Positions 1-12,208 are shown, counted from the first letter of the stretch. The stretch: DNA of 64,000 nucleotides from an uncultured bacterium (GCA_964609125.1 CAZSQX010000006.1:13016-77015); one strand, 5' to 3'. Numbers and translations: made by a program. Notes: a model not told the origin generated them from the letters alone.

Positions 1-729
<729 letters not shown>

Positions 730-739
730 CCGGAAGCGG

Positions 740-776
740 ACGGGCCCGGGCGGCGCGTGGCGCGGCCCGGGCCCGT
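740..776. terminator. GC-rich hairpin between convergent genes
   Basis: 12-bp inverted repeat ACGGGCCCGGGC (740-751) / GCCCGGGCCCGT (765-776); no clear U-tract. Confidence 0.5.
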
Positions 777-790
777 GAAACGGGCCTTTC

Positions 791-3388
791 CTACAGGTGG
801 AAGTGGTGCGCCACCTTCACCAGGAACACGTTGTTGGCCGGCGCGCTCGAGAGGACGCGGAACGACTGGTCGAAGTCGAACGTGTCCCGGCCGTCCTCGT
901 CCGCGCGCTCCTGCGTCCACACGAAGTACGCGCTCGAGCCGGGCGCGTATTCCCAGCGCACGACCGCGTTGCCGCGCATCGAACCGAACGTGCCGCCGGA
1001 CTGGGTGCCCGAGGCCACCGGCACGAACTCGTAGCTGCGGGAGCGCGCCAGCTCCTTGAGCTCGTGGAAGCGGAGCGTCGAGACGAGCGGCTGCAGGTAC
1101 AACTGCACGCTCACGTTCGGAGTCACGGCGTAGTCCGCGCGCATGTTCATGGACAGCTGCGTCTGCTCCAGCTCGGTGAAGCGCGAGCCGGTGGCGAGCG
1201 TCCCGGCATTGTCCCAGAACTGGGAGTCGGTGTGGTTGCGGAAGTACTCGGGCCCGCCGCTCAGGCTCAGGTTGGGCATCGGCCGCCACGTCACGCCGTT
1301 CCTCACCGAGTGCGTCCAGGATCCGTCCTCGTTCCAGCTGGGGTTGTAGCTCGCCCACCAGAACCACGGCTTCCGCCCGTTCGTGTCGAAGTAGAGGTTC
1401 AGGTTGCCGCCCGGCTTGGAGGTCATCAACGGGCCGCCGCGCGTCTTCCGCGGGCTGAAGGCCGGCCCGAACAGGAACGTGTTCGCCTCGTAGCTGTAGC
1501 GGTTCCGCCCCTCGATCCGGCCACCCACGTAGAGGCCCTTCAAGGTGCTGTTGCCGCCGAAGTCCCACGTGTTCGCGAGCGCGGTGAGCACGTTGGCGTA
1601 CTGCCGCCAGCGGCTGGGCTTCTCCCACTGCCAGCCGATGCCGAAGTGCGTGTTGACGACGTCGCCGCCGAACTGGAAGCCGAGGTCGTTGTTGCTGAAG
1701 CCCGGCGACAGCGCGCCGACGGCGGTGTTGAGCAGCAGCCGGCCCTGCTGCTTGTTGAGCCACCAGCGCGTGCCCCAGCCGGTCAGCGAGGTGCGGTCCG
1801 GATCGAAGCCCAGACCGGGCCGGTCCGGCCGCTGGTAGTAGTGCGGGAACCCGGTCTGCAGCGAGGCCATCCGCGCCGTGCTGCCGTGCACGTGCGAGCC
1901 GGTCGCGTAGCCGGACACGACCCAGGTGCGGTTCTTGTCCAGGAACGTCCAGCCGTCCACCGCGGCCACCACCGAGCGGTCGTTGACCTCGTCGCGCAGC
2001 GGATCGGCGGCGCCGTCGAAGAACCTCGCGGTGGTCATGGTCATCACGCCGAGCCCCTGGCGGCGGTCGTTCATCTCGTGCATGAAGCGGTAGACGCCGT
2101 AGTAGCTCATCGGCTCGACGCCGTGGCGCGTCTCGTTCGGCCCGGTGCGGAGCGTGGCCTCCTCGCGGTTCGTGAGCGCCTGCACCGTGCCCACGTTCCA
2201 GCCCGGCGCGAGCTGCCCGGTGATCTTGGCGGCGCCGAGGATGTGCGTGGCGACCGGCCGGTCGGTGTACTCGGCCGATGGCGTGCCGCCCTGCGGCGCG
2301 CGGCCGATGCGGCGCGAGTAGAAGAACACCGGCTCGGGCCAGTTGAAGCCCCAGTAGTCGTTCGCGCCGTTGTTGCCGCAGCGGAACACGCTCGTGCCTT
2401 CGGTGAAGAACGGCCGCTTCTCGTCGAAGAAGCTCTCCACGTCGGACAGGTTCACGACCGCCGGGTCGATCTCGACCTGGCCGAAGTCCGGGTTCACCGT
2501 GGCGTTGAGGGTGAGCTGGGAGCCGAGGCTCATGCGCAGGTCGGCGCCGCCCGCGGGCTTCGCCTTCCAGTCCCCGTGGAACGGGTCGTCCGCGTCGTAC
2601 ATGGACAGGCTGCCGCCGTCGAAGCGCAGGTGTTCGGTCTTGTTGGTCACGTAGGGCGTGACCTCGACGTGCTGGCCGGGCTTGAGCCCCGCGAGCCCCT
2701 GCAGCTCCGGGAACCTCGACACGTAGCCCGACTGCCCGCGCGGCGTGTAGACGAGCGCGTCCAGCTCGCTGTAGCGGCTGATCGAGCGCTGGAAGTTGAC
2801 GCCCCACACCATCTGGTCGCCCGCGTTGAAGCGCATCTGCGAGAACGGGATGCGCATCTCGCAGCTCCAGCCCTCCGCGTCCCGCTGCGCGCGCGCCATC
2901 CACACGCCGTCCCACGACCAGTCGTCCCAGCCGTCGTTCATCATCACGCCGTCCACGAGAACGCCCGCGGCGGAGACCATGAAGAAGTAGCCGGTGCGCT
3001 TGTCGCGGTAGGGGTCGAACATCACCGTGAAGTGGTCCGAGCCCGGGTCGTTGTCGCGCCGGGCGAGCCGCGCGACCACCGAATCGGGCGCGGTGTCGTG
3101 GAGCCGGGCACCGACGTAGATCGCGTCCTCGTCGTAGGCGACGCGGACCTCCGTGCGCTGGCGCGGCGGCAGGCCCTGGTCGGGGTCGCGCTGCGTGAAC
3201 GAGGTGATGGCCTGGTCGTGCTTCCAGATGTCCTCGTTGAGGACGCCGTCCACGCTGATGGGCCGTTCGGTGCGCACCGCGCGCACCGGCGGATGCGGCT
3301 CGGCAGCCGGCGTGGCCGGTGGCGGTGCCTGGGCGAGCGCCGGGACGGCGATCGCGCAGCACATCAGCGTGCGGAGGAGGTTACGCAT
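791..3388 (-). CDS. Exported DUF5916-type protein (CBM9/DOMON-like N-domain + probable beta-barrel), 865 aa
   Basis: Signal peptide MRNLLRTLMCCAIAVPALAQ; motifs DGVLNE..W, TEVRVAYDEDAIYVG, LNATVNPDFGQVEID, FFDEKRPFF; start placed at ATG 3388 rather than ORF-track 3580. Confidence 0.8.
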   Translation of the reverse strand: MRNLLRTLMCCAIAVPALAQAPPPATPAAEPHPPVRAVRTERPISVDGVLNEDIWKHDQAITSFTQRDPDQGLPPRQRTEVRVAYDEDAIYVGARLHDTAPDSVVARLARRDNDPGSDHFTVMFDPYRDKRTGYFFMVSAAGVLVDGVMMNDGWDDWSWDGVWMARAQRDAEGWSCEMRIPFSQMRFNAGDQMVWGVNFQRSISRYSELDALVYTPRGQSGYVSRFPELQGLAGLKPGQHVEVTPYVTNKTEHLRFDGGSLSMYDADDPFHGDWKAKPAGGADLRMSLGSQLTLNATVNPDFGQVEIDPAVVNLSDVESFFDEKRPFFTEGTSVFRCGNNGANDYWGFNWPEPVFFYSRRIGRAPQGGTPSAEYTDRPVATHILGAAKITGQLAPGWNVGTVQALTNREEATLRTGPNETRHGVEPMSYYGVYRFMHEMNDRRQGLGVMTMTTARFFDGAADPLRDEVNDRSVVAAVDGWTFLDKNRTWVVSGYATGSHVHGSTARMASLQTGFPHYYQRPDRPGLGFDPDRTSLTGWGTRWWLNKQQGRLLLNTAVGALSPGFSNNDLGFQFGGDVVNTHFGIGWQWEKPSRWRQYANVLTALANTWDFGGNSTLKGLYVGGRIEGRNRYSYEANTFLFGPAFSPRKTRGGPLMTSKPGGNLNLYFDTNGRKPWFWWASYNPSWNEDGSWTHSVRNGVTWRPMPNLSLSGGPEYFRNHTDSQFWDNAGTLATGSRFTELEQTQLSMNMRADYAVTPNVSVQLYLQPLVSTLRFHELKELARSRSYEFVPVASGTQSGGTFGSMRGNAVVRWEYAPGSSAYFVWTQERADEDGRDTFDFDQSFRVLSSAPANNVFLVKVAHHFHL

Positions 3389-3655
3389 GGGGGGCTCCGG
3401 GGACAGCCGACGGGCGATCGGCCGGTGCCAGGACTCGCGCCGGGTCACGGCCGGCGCCCGACAGGCGCGGGGCCCGGTGCCGCCGGGCGCGACGCCTGCG
3501 ATGACCGCTCTACGGGCCGGCGCGCTCGCGGGTTGCCTGCCCGACCGGAGAAACTGGCCCGATTCCCGACCCGAATCCACCGGGCGGGTACGGGCGCGGG
3601 ATTCCTCGGGACGGACCGCGCTCGTCGAGCCGGCGCCGCGCTCGCGGGGCCGGCC

Positions 3656-4566
<911 letters not shown>

Positions 4567-4570
<4 letters not shown>

Positions 4571-5553
4571 TGCCGCTTCCGCTTCATGACGCCCGCGGTG
4601 GTCTCCGCTCCGGGCCGCGGTCGCACCCGTAATGCCGCGGTGTCCGCGCCGTGCGCGGCCGCGAGCAATCCCTCCGCGCCCCACGACCGGACCGCGAGCG
4701 CCGCCGTGGCGGTGGCGCGTTCGAGCGCGGCCTCCACCTCGGTCCCCTCGAGCAGCGCGGTCACGAAGCCGGCGGCGAACGCGTCGCCCGCCCCGGTCGG
4801 GTCGCGCGCGGGCTCGGAGGTCGCTCCGCTCGCCTGCCACGAGCGCCAGCGGCGCTCGGCCGCGTCGTAGAGCCGCCCGCCCGCCGCGCCGCGCTTCCAC
4901 GCGACGTGCCGCAGGCTCCCGACCGCGAGCGACTCGAGCGCCGCCTCCGCCTCGCCATGCCCCGCGGGCCAGCGCACCTCGTCGTCGCTCGGGAAGAACG
5001 CGTCCACCCGCCACAGCACCTCGCGCCAGGCGTCGAGCCCCTGCGGCGTGACGGGCACGTGCGGGTCGAGCGACACGAACGCCGGTGCACCCGGCGACTC
5101 CCAGTCGCGGATCGCCTCGACCAGCGCGCGCTGGGTGGCGAGCGGCATGGGCGCCAGGTGGAACGCCCGCGCCCGCCGCCACGCCTCGGGCACGTGCGCG
5201 GGCTCGGGCGAGACCGCCTCGTGCGAGGGTCGCCCCAGCCGGTGGAGCACGCGGCGGACGCCGTCCTCGTAGAGGAGCCATGTGCGCACCCCCCGGCCCG
5301 GGAGCGGGTGCACGCCCTCCAGCCGCACGCCGCGTCCGGCGAGCGCCCCGAGCGCGTCGGGCGGGTAGTCGTCGCCGCGCAGGCTCACGCAGCCGACGCT
5401 CGTGCCCCACAGCCGGGCGGCGAGCGACGCGTAGAGGATCGCGCCGCCCGGCACCGCCATGCGCGTGCGGCCGTCATCCAGCACGACGTCGTCCACGAGC
5501 AGGTTCCCGAGCAGCACGAGGCCCGGGGCATCCGGCCCGCGCGGGCGGGTCAT
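4567..5553 (-). CDS. PfkB/ribokinase-family sugar or nucleoside kinase (candidate pseudouridine kinase)
   Basis: N-terminal PGGA motif, C-terminal DPTGAGDAFAAGF PfkB signature; coupled to psuG. Confidence 0.9.
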
Positions 5554-6374
5554 GCGACGGGCACGGGCAGCGCCGCGAACGCGGCGCGCATGGCGCGGAC
5601 CGCGTCGGCGTCGAGCGGCTCCGCCCACGAGCCGCCCCGCTTGAGTGAGGAGCCGACGATGAAGCCGTCCGCGGCGGCGTAGTCGGCGAGGTTCGCGGGT
5701 GTGAGGCCCGAGCCCACGAGGACCGGGAGGCGCACCGCGGCGCTCGCCTCCTTCAGGTCCGCGGGAGAGGCGGGCTCGCCGGTGGCGCCACCCGTCACCA
5801 CCACGCCGTCGGCCAGGAAGAACTCGGCCGCGCGCGCGGTGCCGGCCAGGCTCACGTCGGCGGTGAGCGCGTGCGAGGCGTGCTTCTTCTTGATGTCGGC
5901 GAACACGCGCACGCGCTCGGCCCCGATCGAGCGCCGGAAGCGCAGCAGCTCCCCGGCGCTCGCCTGGATCACGCCCTCGTCGGCCACGTGCGCGAACACG
6001 AAGCCCTCGACCCTCACGAACTCCGCCCCGCAGGCGTGCGCCACGGCGAGCGCCTCGCGGTTGGCGCCGGCCAGCACCTGGACGCCGAGCGGGAGCCCCG
6101 TCTCGCGGCGGATCTCGCGCGCGATCACCGCCATGGCGGCGGTGACCTCGGGGCCGACGCCGCTTCTCAGGTAGGGGCGGTCGTGCATGTTCTCCGCCAT
6201 GACCGCGGTGAAACCGGCGTCGCGGTAGGAGCGCGCCTCGGCCACCGCCAGCTGCGCGAGCTTCTCGACCGAGTGGTGCGCGGCCGGCGTGCCGGGGAGC
6301 GCACCGACGTGCACCATGCCGATGAGCGCGCGCGGCGAGCCGGCGAGCTGGCGGAAGGCGGCGCGGGGGTCCAT
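5550..6374 (-). CDS. BtpA/SgcQ family TIM-barrel protein
   Basis: IGMVHVGALPG, ENMHDRPY, DIKKKH, ADGVVVTGGATG, VGSGLTP..L, DGFIVGSSLK; ATGA overlap with pfkB gene. Confidence 0.92.
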   Translation of the reverse strand: MDPRAAFRQLAGSPRALIGMVHVGALPGTPAAHHSVEKLAQLAVAEARSYRDAGFTAVMAENMHDRPYLRSGVGPEVTAAMAVIAREIRRETGLPLGVQVLAGANREALAVAHACGAEFVRVEGFVFAHVADEGVIQASAGELLRFRRSIGAERVRVFADIKKKHASHALTADVSLAGTARAAEFFLADGVVVTGGATGEPASPADLKEASAAVRLPVLVGSGLTPANLADYAAADGFIVGSSLKRGGSWAEPLDADAVRAMRAAFAALPVPVA

Positions 6375-6598
6375 GGGCGGAGCAGCGTAGGGAATCGCCA
6401 CCGCGGGCGTCCAACCGCGGTTCCGGCGGCCGAGGTCCCGGCTCACGGGCTTCGTCGCCCCACGTTATGATGTGCGGCTGCGTGGAGCGGGCAACCCGAG
6501 CACGTGCGCGCCATCGCGGCGCGTCGAGGCGCGATGGGAGGGTCCGCTCGCAGCCGTCAGCCCCGGGGCAGCATCTCGCCGGGCGAGAGGAGGCCGTC

Positions 6599-6991
6599 AT
6601 GGAGAAGAAGCGTCCCAAGCACACGTCGGTCCGCGTGTCCGATCACTTCGCCGTGGTCCGCCCGGAGCGCCGGCTGGTCGGCGACAACGAGACCGACGAG
6701 TTCCGGGAGATCGTCCAGCAGCTGAACGAGCAGAAGCTGCGCTTCCTGGTCGTGGACCTGGGCGGCATCGACTGGGTCAGCTCGCCCGGGCTCGGCGCGC
6801 TCGTGGACGCGCACCAGCGCTTCACGAAGCGCGGCGCGCACGTGTTGCTGGCGCGCGTGGACAAGCGGATCGACAACCTGCTCATCCTCACCAAGCTCTC
6901 CCTCGTCTTCGACGTCTACCCCTCGGAGCAGGCGGCGATCGCGGCGGGCGAGGCGCTGCCCGCGCCGGCGCCAGCGGACCCGGGAGCTTGA
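6599..6991 (+). CDS. STAS-domain protein (anti-sigma factor antagonist-like)
   Basis: VVDLGGIDWVSSPGLGALV STAS motif; LTKLSLVFDVY; SD-like GAGGAGG upstream of ATG 6599; TATGAT -10-like hexamer at 6466-6471. Confidence 0.9.
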   Translation: MEKKRPKHTSVRVSDHFAVVRPERRLVGDNETDEFREIVQQLNEQKLRFLVVDLGGIDWVSSPGLGALVDAHQRFTKRGAHVLLARVDKRIDNLLILTKLSLVFDVYPSEQAAIAAGEALPAPAPADPGA

Positions 6992-7914
6992 CCCCGAGGT
7001 CCGCGACGCGCGGTGTGGCCGCGCTGGCGCTGCTCGTGGTCGCCGCGATCGCCGCGCGCGCGGCTCCGCCGTCGCGTCCGCACACGATCGTCCTCGGCGT
7101 CGCCCAGGACGGCGGGCTGCCGCAGGCGGGCTGCCGCAAGCACTGCTGCACGAGCGGGCGGCGCGAGGACGTCTCGAGCCTCGCGCTCGTGGAGCCGGCT
7201 GCGAAACGGTGGTGGCTGTTCGACGCCACGCCCGACTTCGCACGCCAGCTCGCGCGCATGAGCCGCGAGGCGCCGGGCTGCACGCTCGCGGGCGTGTTCC
7301 TGACACACGCGCACATGGGGCATTACACCGGCCTCATGCACCTGGGACGCGAGGCCATGGGCGCGCGCGGCGTGCGCGTGTGGGCGATGCCGCGGCTGCG
7401 CTCGTTCCTCGAGGCGAACGGCCCGTGGAGCCAGCTCGTGAAGCTCGGGAACATCGCGTTCGAGCCGCTCGCGGCGGATTCGGCGGTCGCGCTCGGCGAC
7501 TCGCTGCGCGTCACGCCGTTCCGGGTGCCGCACCGGGACGAGTTCTCGGAGACGGTGGGGTTCCGCATCGCCGGTGCGCGGGGCGCCGTCGCGTTCCTGC
7601 CCGACATCGACAAGTGGGAGCGCTGGGAGCGACGGGTCGAGGACCTGGTCCGCGGCGCGGACGTCGCGTACCTCGACGGCACGTTCTTCGACGGCTCCGA
7701 GCTGCCGGGCCGCGACATGCGCGAGATCCCGCACCCGTTCGTGGTCGAGACGCTCGACCGCTTCGCCGCGCTGCCGGCCGCCGCACGCGCGCGCGTGCGG
7801 TTCATCCACCTCAACCACACGAACCGGGCGCTGCTCCGGGGATCGCCCGAGCGATCGCGCATCGAGCGCGCAGGCATGCGCGTGGCGGCCACCGGCGAGC
7901 GCGTGGGGCTGTAG
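6988..7914 (+). CDS. PqqB-like metallo-beta-lactamase-fold hydrolase with N-terminal signal-like segment
   Basis: LGVAQDGGLPQAGC..CC, LFDATPDF, FLTHAHMGHYTGL, VPHRDE, YLDGTF, FIHLNHTN; start uncertain (TTG 6988 overlapping STAS stop, or GTG 7015). Confidence 0.85.
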   Translation: MTPRSATRGVAALALLVVAAIAARAAPPSRPHTIVLGVAQDGGLPQAGCRKHCCTSGRREDVSSLALVEPAAKRWWLFDATPDFARQLARMSREAPGCTLAGVFLTHAHMGHYTGLMHLGREAMGARGVRVWAMPRLRSFLEANGPWSQLVKLGNIAFEPLAADSAVALGDSLRVTPFRVPHRDEFSETVGFRIAGARGAVAFLPDIDKWERWERRVEDLVRGADVAYLDGTFFDGSELPGRDMREIPHPFVVETLDRFAALPAAARARVRFIHLNHTNRALLRGSPERSRIERAGMRVAATGERVGL

Positions 7915-8045
7915 CCGAGGAGGCCCGCTCCCGGGCGCCGGTCGGACGCCGGCCGCCGGCGCGGCGGGATCCCGCGGGGACGGCGGTGCCGCCGGGGCGC
8001 GCGCCCGTCGGCGGAGACGGCTCCGGCCAGCGGGTTTCTGATACG

Positions 8046-10133
8046 GTGACCCTCGGCATCCCGCGCGTGCTCCGACGCGCGCTGACCCGGAGGTCGGACC
8101 TGCCCCGTTCCACGCCCTGGACCGTGTTCGCGCTCGTCGCCGCGCTGGCCGGCGGGGGACCCGCGCGCGCCCAGGCGCCCGCGGTGCGCGCCGACACGTC
8201 GTTCGTCCAGCTCGGCGAGGTGCTCGTGCGCGGCTCGCGGCCGATCGCCGCCCCCGGCGGCTCCGGGGCGGTGCGCGCGAAGCTCGACTCGCTCCCGCTC
8301 CGCGCGGTGCCGACCGTCGAGCAGGTGCTGCGCGCGCTCCCGGGCACCTACCTGCGCACCAACTCCCGCGGCGAGTCCGAGGTCACCGTGCGCGGATCCG
8401 AGTCACGCCAGGTGGCGGTGCTCCTGGACGGCGTGCCGCTCACGTTCGCCTGGGACGGCCGCGCGGACGTCTCGGTCCTGCCCGCGCTCGCCGTGGAGGA
8501 GGTGACGCTCGTGCGAGGCCTGTCGTCGCTCACACAGGCGCCCAACGCGCCCGGCGGCGTGGTCGAGCTGAGCACGCGCCCATCCGACGCCGAGCGGCGC
8601 CGGCGCTCGGCCGCCGTCCGCGGCGGCGTGGACGAACTCGGCGGCTACGGCGTGGCGGCCTCGGTGGACGTGCCGCACGCGACGGGCCGGGGGTTGTTCT
8701 CGGCGCGCGCCGGCGTCGGGCACCGCGACATGCCGGGGTTCGCGCTCCCGCGCGGCGTCCAGGAACCGCTGCCGACGGACCGCGACAGGCGGCTCAACAC
8801 CGACCTCCGGGAGACCAACGGCTTCCTCGCGCTCCGCATGGAATCGGACAGCGGTCCGTACGTCTCGCTGCTGGGCGCCGGCGTGCGCGCCGAGCGCGGC
8901 GTCGCCGCCCAGCTGGGCGTGACATCGGCGCGCTTCTGGCGCTATCCGCACATCGCGCGCGGGATCGGCGTGTTCTCGGCCGGCACCGGCCGGCGCGCGG
9001 TGCCGTGGGGCGGCCGCGCCGACCTCCAGCTGAGCGCCGGGTACGACCGCGGCCGCACCGAGATCGACGCCTACGGCTCGCGCGCCTACACCGGGGTCAC
9101 CTCGCAGGAGGATGGGAGCGACGACGTCCTCACGCTGCGCGCGGTCGCGTCCCAGACGCTCGGCGAGCGGGCCGACGTCCGGTTGGCGTTCTCGCGCGGC
9201 GACGTCCGGCACGACGAGATCGTGGACGGCGTCGCGAACGCGTACCGGCAGCGGCTCTGGTCCGGAGCCGCGCAGTCCACGCTGCGGCTTCCGGGCTCCG
9301 GCTTCGTTCGCGCGCTCGACCTGAGCGCGGGCGCCACGTTCGACGGCGCGGACACTCCGCTCACGGGTGGCAAGCCCTCCTTCGGGTCGCACGACCAGTG
9401 GGGTGGCCGCTTGGGGCTCGCCGCGCACCTCGGCGCAAGCGCGACCGCCGTGCATGCGAGCATCAGCCGTCGCGCGCGATTCCCCTCGTTGCGCGAGCTC
9501 TACTCGGGCTCGCTCGGCACGTTCGCGCCCAATCCCGCCCTGCGCCCCGAGAACCTGCGCGCGATCGAGGCCGGCCTGACCGCGCGCACACCGCGCTCGA
9601 GCCTGCAGCTGGTCGGGTTCCACCACCGACTCGCCGACGCCGTCGTGCGCGTCCGGCCCCCGGGGCAGAAGTTCCAGCGCGTGAACCAGGAGGGCGTGCG
9701 CAGCGTCGGCGCGGAGATCCTGGTGTCGCGGGCGCTCGCGCGGGTGGAGGTGGGCGGCGACCTCGTGGTGCAGGACGTGGCCGTGCTCGATCCCGCCGCG
9801 GGCCTGACCCGCCCCGAGAACATGCCCGAGGTCATGGGCGGGCTGCGCGCCCAGGCGCCGCTCGGCGCCGGTGTGCGGCTGGCTGCGGAGGCTCGCTACA
9901 CCGGCGAGCAGTTCGTGATCGACCCGGAGAACGACGTGGAGGCGAGGCTCGCCCCGGCCGGACGGCTCGACGTGGAGCTGTTCCGGCACTGGGCGTTCCC
10001 GGACGGCGCCGGCTGGTTCCGCGGACTCCAGCTGCGGGCCGCGTTCGAGAACCTCACCGACGCGGCCCAGTTCGACGCGTTCGGCCTGCCGCAGCCGGGG
10101 CGCACGATGCGCGTGGAGCTGCGGCTCCACTGA
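8046..10133 (+). CDS. TonB-dependent receptor
   Basis: Signal peptide ending PARA|QAP, plug motif VTVRGSESRQVAVLLDGVP, barrel motifs RARFPSLRELY, NPALRPE, ENLTD, C-terminal PGRTMRVELRLH; start uncertain (GTG 8046/8067). Confidence 0.88.
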   Translation: MTLGIPRVLRRALTRRSDLPRSTPWTVFALVAALAGGGPARAQAPAVRADTSFVQLGEVLVRGSRPIAAPGGSGAVRAKLDSLPLRAVPTVEQVLRALPGTYLRTNSRGESEVTVRGSESRQVAVLLDGVPLTFAWDGRADVSVLPALAVEEVTLVRGLSSLTQAPNAPGGVVELSTRPSDAERRRRSAAVRGGVDELGGYGVAASVDVPHATGRGLFSARAGVGHRDMPGFALPRGVQEPLPTDRDRRLNTDLRETNGFLALRMESDSGPYVSLLGAGVRAERGVAAQLGVTSARFWRYPHIARGIGVFSAGTGRRAVPWGGRADLQLSAGYDRGRTEIDAYGSRAYTGVTSQEDGSDDVLTLRAVASQTLGERADVRLAFSRGDVRHDEIVDGVANAYRQRLWSGAAQSTLRLPGSGFVRALDLSAGATFDGADTPLTGGKPSFGSHDQWGGRLGLAAHLGASATAVHASISRRARFPSLRELYSGSLGTFAPNPALRPENLRAIEAGLTARTPRSSLQLVGFHHRLADAVVRVRPPGQKFQRVNQEGVRSVGAEILVSRALARVEVGGDLVVQDVAVLDPAAGLTRPENMPEVMGGLRAQAPLGAGVRLAAEARYTGEQFVIDPENDVEARLAPAGRLDVELFRHWAFPDGAGWFRGLQLRAAFENLTDAAQFDAFGLPQPGRTMRVELRLH

Positions 10134-10185
10134 CCGCCGCCGGCCGCACGTGGAGCGTCACGCACGACGCGAGCTCCCCGCCGGA

Positions 10186-10407
10186 TCACTCCGCCCCCGC
10201 GTACGACTCCAGGTAGCCGCAGCGCTCGCAGCGGAACGTCCGCAACGCGTGGTTCGCGCGGCCCTTCAGGTGGAGCCCGCTCCAGAAGCTCCTCCTCGGC
10301 TCGCCCTCGACCCAGACCTGCGTGGACGGCGAGCTGTGGTGCCCGCGGTCCACCACGAAACCGGGCAACATCCGCTGCCTGCACCGCGGGCATTCCGGCG
10401 TGGTCAT
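10186..10407 (-). CDS. Small Cys-knuckle protein (CPRC...CERC), 73 aa
   Basis: Two CxxC pairs, C-terminal CGYLESYA; SD GAGGAGG upstream; resembles a widespread small DUF family (from memory, unverified). Confidence 0.75.
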   Translation of the reverse strand: MTTPECPRCRQRMLPGFVVDRGHHSSPSTQVWVEGEPRRSFWSGLHLKGRANHALRTFRCERCGYLESYAGAE

Positions 10408-10423
10408 CACCGCCTCCTCGCGT

Positions 10424-12208
10424 TCAACGCCCCCACCATGCGTCCACGCCGGCGACGACTTCGGGGAGGTTCTCGACCGGCGCGGGATAGCCGTCCTTCC
10501 AGGTCGCGTCGATTCCGAGCGGTCCGCGGCACACGGTCCACGCGCCGCGCGTCTCGGTGGTCGCGGGGATGAGGTCGCGCGCGCAGTCGAAGCGCGTGAA
10601 GATGCCCCAGAGCAGCAGCTCGTCGTCGTCGAGCGGAACGTCGTCGCTCACGGCGACGAGCAACCTCACGTCCGCGAGCTCGGGACGGCGGACGAGCGAC
10701 TCGATCACCGCGCGCCCCGCGTCCGCCACCTGCACCACGAGCATCCCGCCCCAGGCCAGCCGCCACGCCCGGACGCGCGGCTCGAACGCGCGCGGGTCCG
10801 GCACGCCCGCGAGCGGCTCCGCCGCCGGGCGCGCGGCGGTCGCCGAGCCTCCCGACGAGCCCACCGCTCGCGCGTGCGATTGCGCGTCCAGCACGAGCTT
10901 GCTGCCCAGGTTCATGCGCCCGCTCGTGAAGTCGAGCGTGTCGAGCGGCACGCCGGGCACGAGCAGCAGGTCCTCCGCCGGGTCGAAGTGGCGCGCGATG
11001 GACTCGAACACGGCGCGGCGGTCGCGCGGGTCCACGTCGGCGTCCACGAGCACGATCGTCTTCGTGAGCGAGAGCTGCCCCGTGCCCATGAGCCCGAGCG
11101 CGGTCTTCATGCCCTCCTTCGCGTAGCGGTTCTCGACCGCCACGACGAGCAGGTTGTGGAACCCGGCTTCGAAGTAGGCCCACAGGTCCGCGATCTCGGG
11201 GTGGATCAGCTTGAGGACTCCGGTGAACATGTCCTGCACGGCCTCGCCCATGTACTTGTCCTCCTGGGGAGGCTTGCCCACGACGCTCGCCTGGAAGAGC
11301 GGGGCCGCGCGGTGCGTGACCTGCTTCACGTGGAACACGGGGAACGGCGCGGCGTGCGAGTAATGCCCGAAGTGGTCGCCGAACGGGCCCTCGGTGCGCC
11401 GCTCGTGCGGCGGCACCACGCCCTCGACCACGAACTCGGCGTCGGCGGGCACCCGCATGCGGAGCGTGCGTGCCGGGGCGAGTCGTGTGGGACGGCCGCG
11501 CAGGAAGCCCGCGAACGCCAGCTCGTCGATGCCCTCGGGCAGCGGCGCCACGGCGGCGAGGAGCGTGGCCGGGTCGGCGCCCACCGCCACCGCCACCTCG
11601 AGCGGCTCGCCGCGCCGCTCGGCGCGGTGGTAGTGGAACCCGCCGCCCTTCCCGATCTGCCAGTGCATGCCGGTCGTGTCCGAGCCCCGGACGTGCATGC
11701 GGTAGATGCCGAGGTTGCGCTTGCGCGTGACCGGGTCCTCGGTGAAGACGAGCGGGAACGTGACGAAGCGGCCGCCGTCGCCCGGCCAGAGCTGCAGGAT
11801 GGGGAGCGGGGTGAGGTCGGCGCCGAGCGAGTGGGACTGGGCGGGGCCGCGGGTCACGCGCGTGGGGCGCGCGGCGAGCACGCGGGCGGCGTGGTGCCGG
11901 AGCGGCCACAGATCCGCGAGTGAGCTGGGCGGGAGCGCGTGGAGGATCTCCTCCACCTGGGCGCCCACCGCGCGCGGCGTGCGGCCGAGCGCCCACTCGA
12001 TCCGGCGCGTCGCCGCCAGCACGTTGACCGCGAGCGGGAAGCGGGCGCCGCGCACGCTCTCGAACAGGAGCAGCGGCCCCTGCGCGCGCGCCTCGCGGCA
12101 GGCGATCTCGGTGACCTCGTGGCGCCAGTCCACCTCGCGCGTGACGCGCTTCACGTCGCCGCGCGCCTCGCAGGCCGCGACGAACTCGCCCAGCGTGCGG
12201 AAGCTCAC
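10424..12208 (-). CDS. ubiD: UbiD-family prFMN-dependent decarboxylase (menaquinone-pathway type)
   Basis: RNLGIYRM, MHWQIGKGG, EGPFGDHFGHY, VVGKPPQED, DTLDF motifs; clustered with ubiX and ubiA. Confidence 0.95.
   Translation of the reverse strand: MSFRTLGEFVAACEARGDVKRVTREVDWRHEVTEIACREARAQGPLLLFESVRGARFPLAVNVLAATRRIEWALGRTPRAVGAQVEEILHALPPSSLADLWPLRHHAARVLAARPTRVTRGPAQSHSLGADLTPLPILQLWPGDGGRFVTFPLVFTEDPVTRKRNLGIYRMHVRGSDTTGMHWQIGKGGGFHYHRAERRGEPLEVAVAVGADPATLLAAVAPLPEGIDELAFAGFLRGRPTRLAPARTLRMRVPADAEFVVEGVVPPHERRTEGPFGDHFGHYSHAAPFPVFHVKQVTHRAAPLFQASVVGKPPQEDKYMGEAVQDMFTGVLKLIHPEIADLWAYFEAGFHNLLVVAVENRYAKEGMKTALGLMGTGQLSLTKTIVLVDADVDPRDRRAVFESIARHFDPAEDLLLVPGVPLDTLDFTSGRMNLGSKLVLDAQSHARAVGSSGGSATAARPAAEPLAGVPDPRAFEPRVRAWRLAWGGMLVVQVADAGRAVIESLVRRPELADVRLLVAVSDDVPLDDDELLLWGIFTRFDCARDLIPATTETRGAWTVCRGPLGIDATWKDGYPAPVENLPEVVAGVDAWWGR
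11322..11337. promoter_or_regulatory. Candidate parS site within ubiD
   Basis: TGCTTCACGTGGAACA, one mismatch to TGTTTCACGTGGAACA; about 6 kb from parB. Confidence 0.55.
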
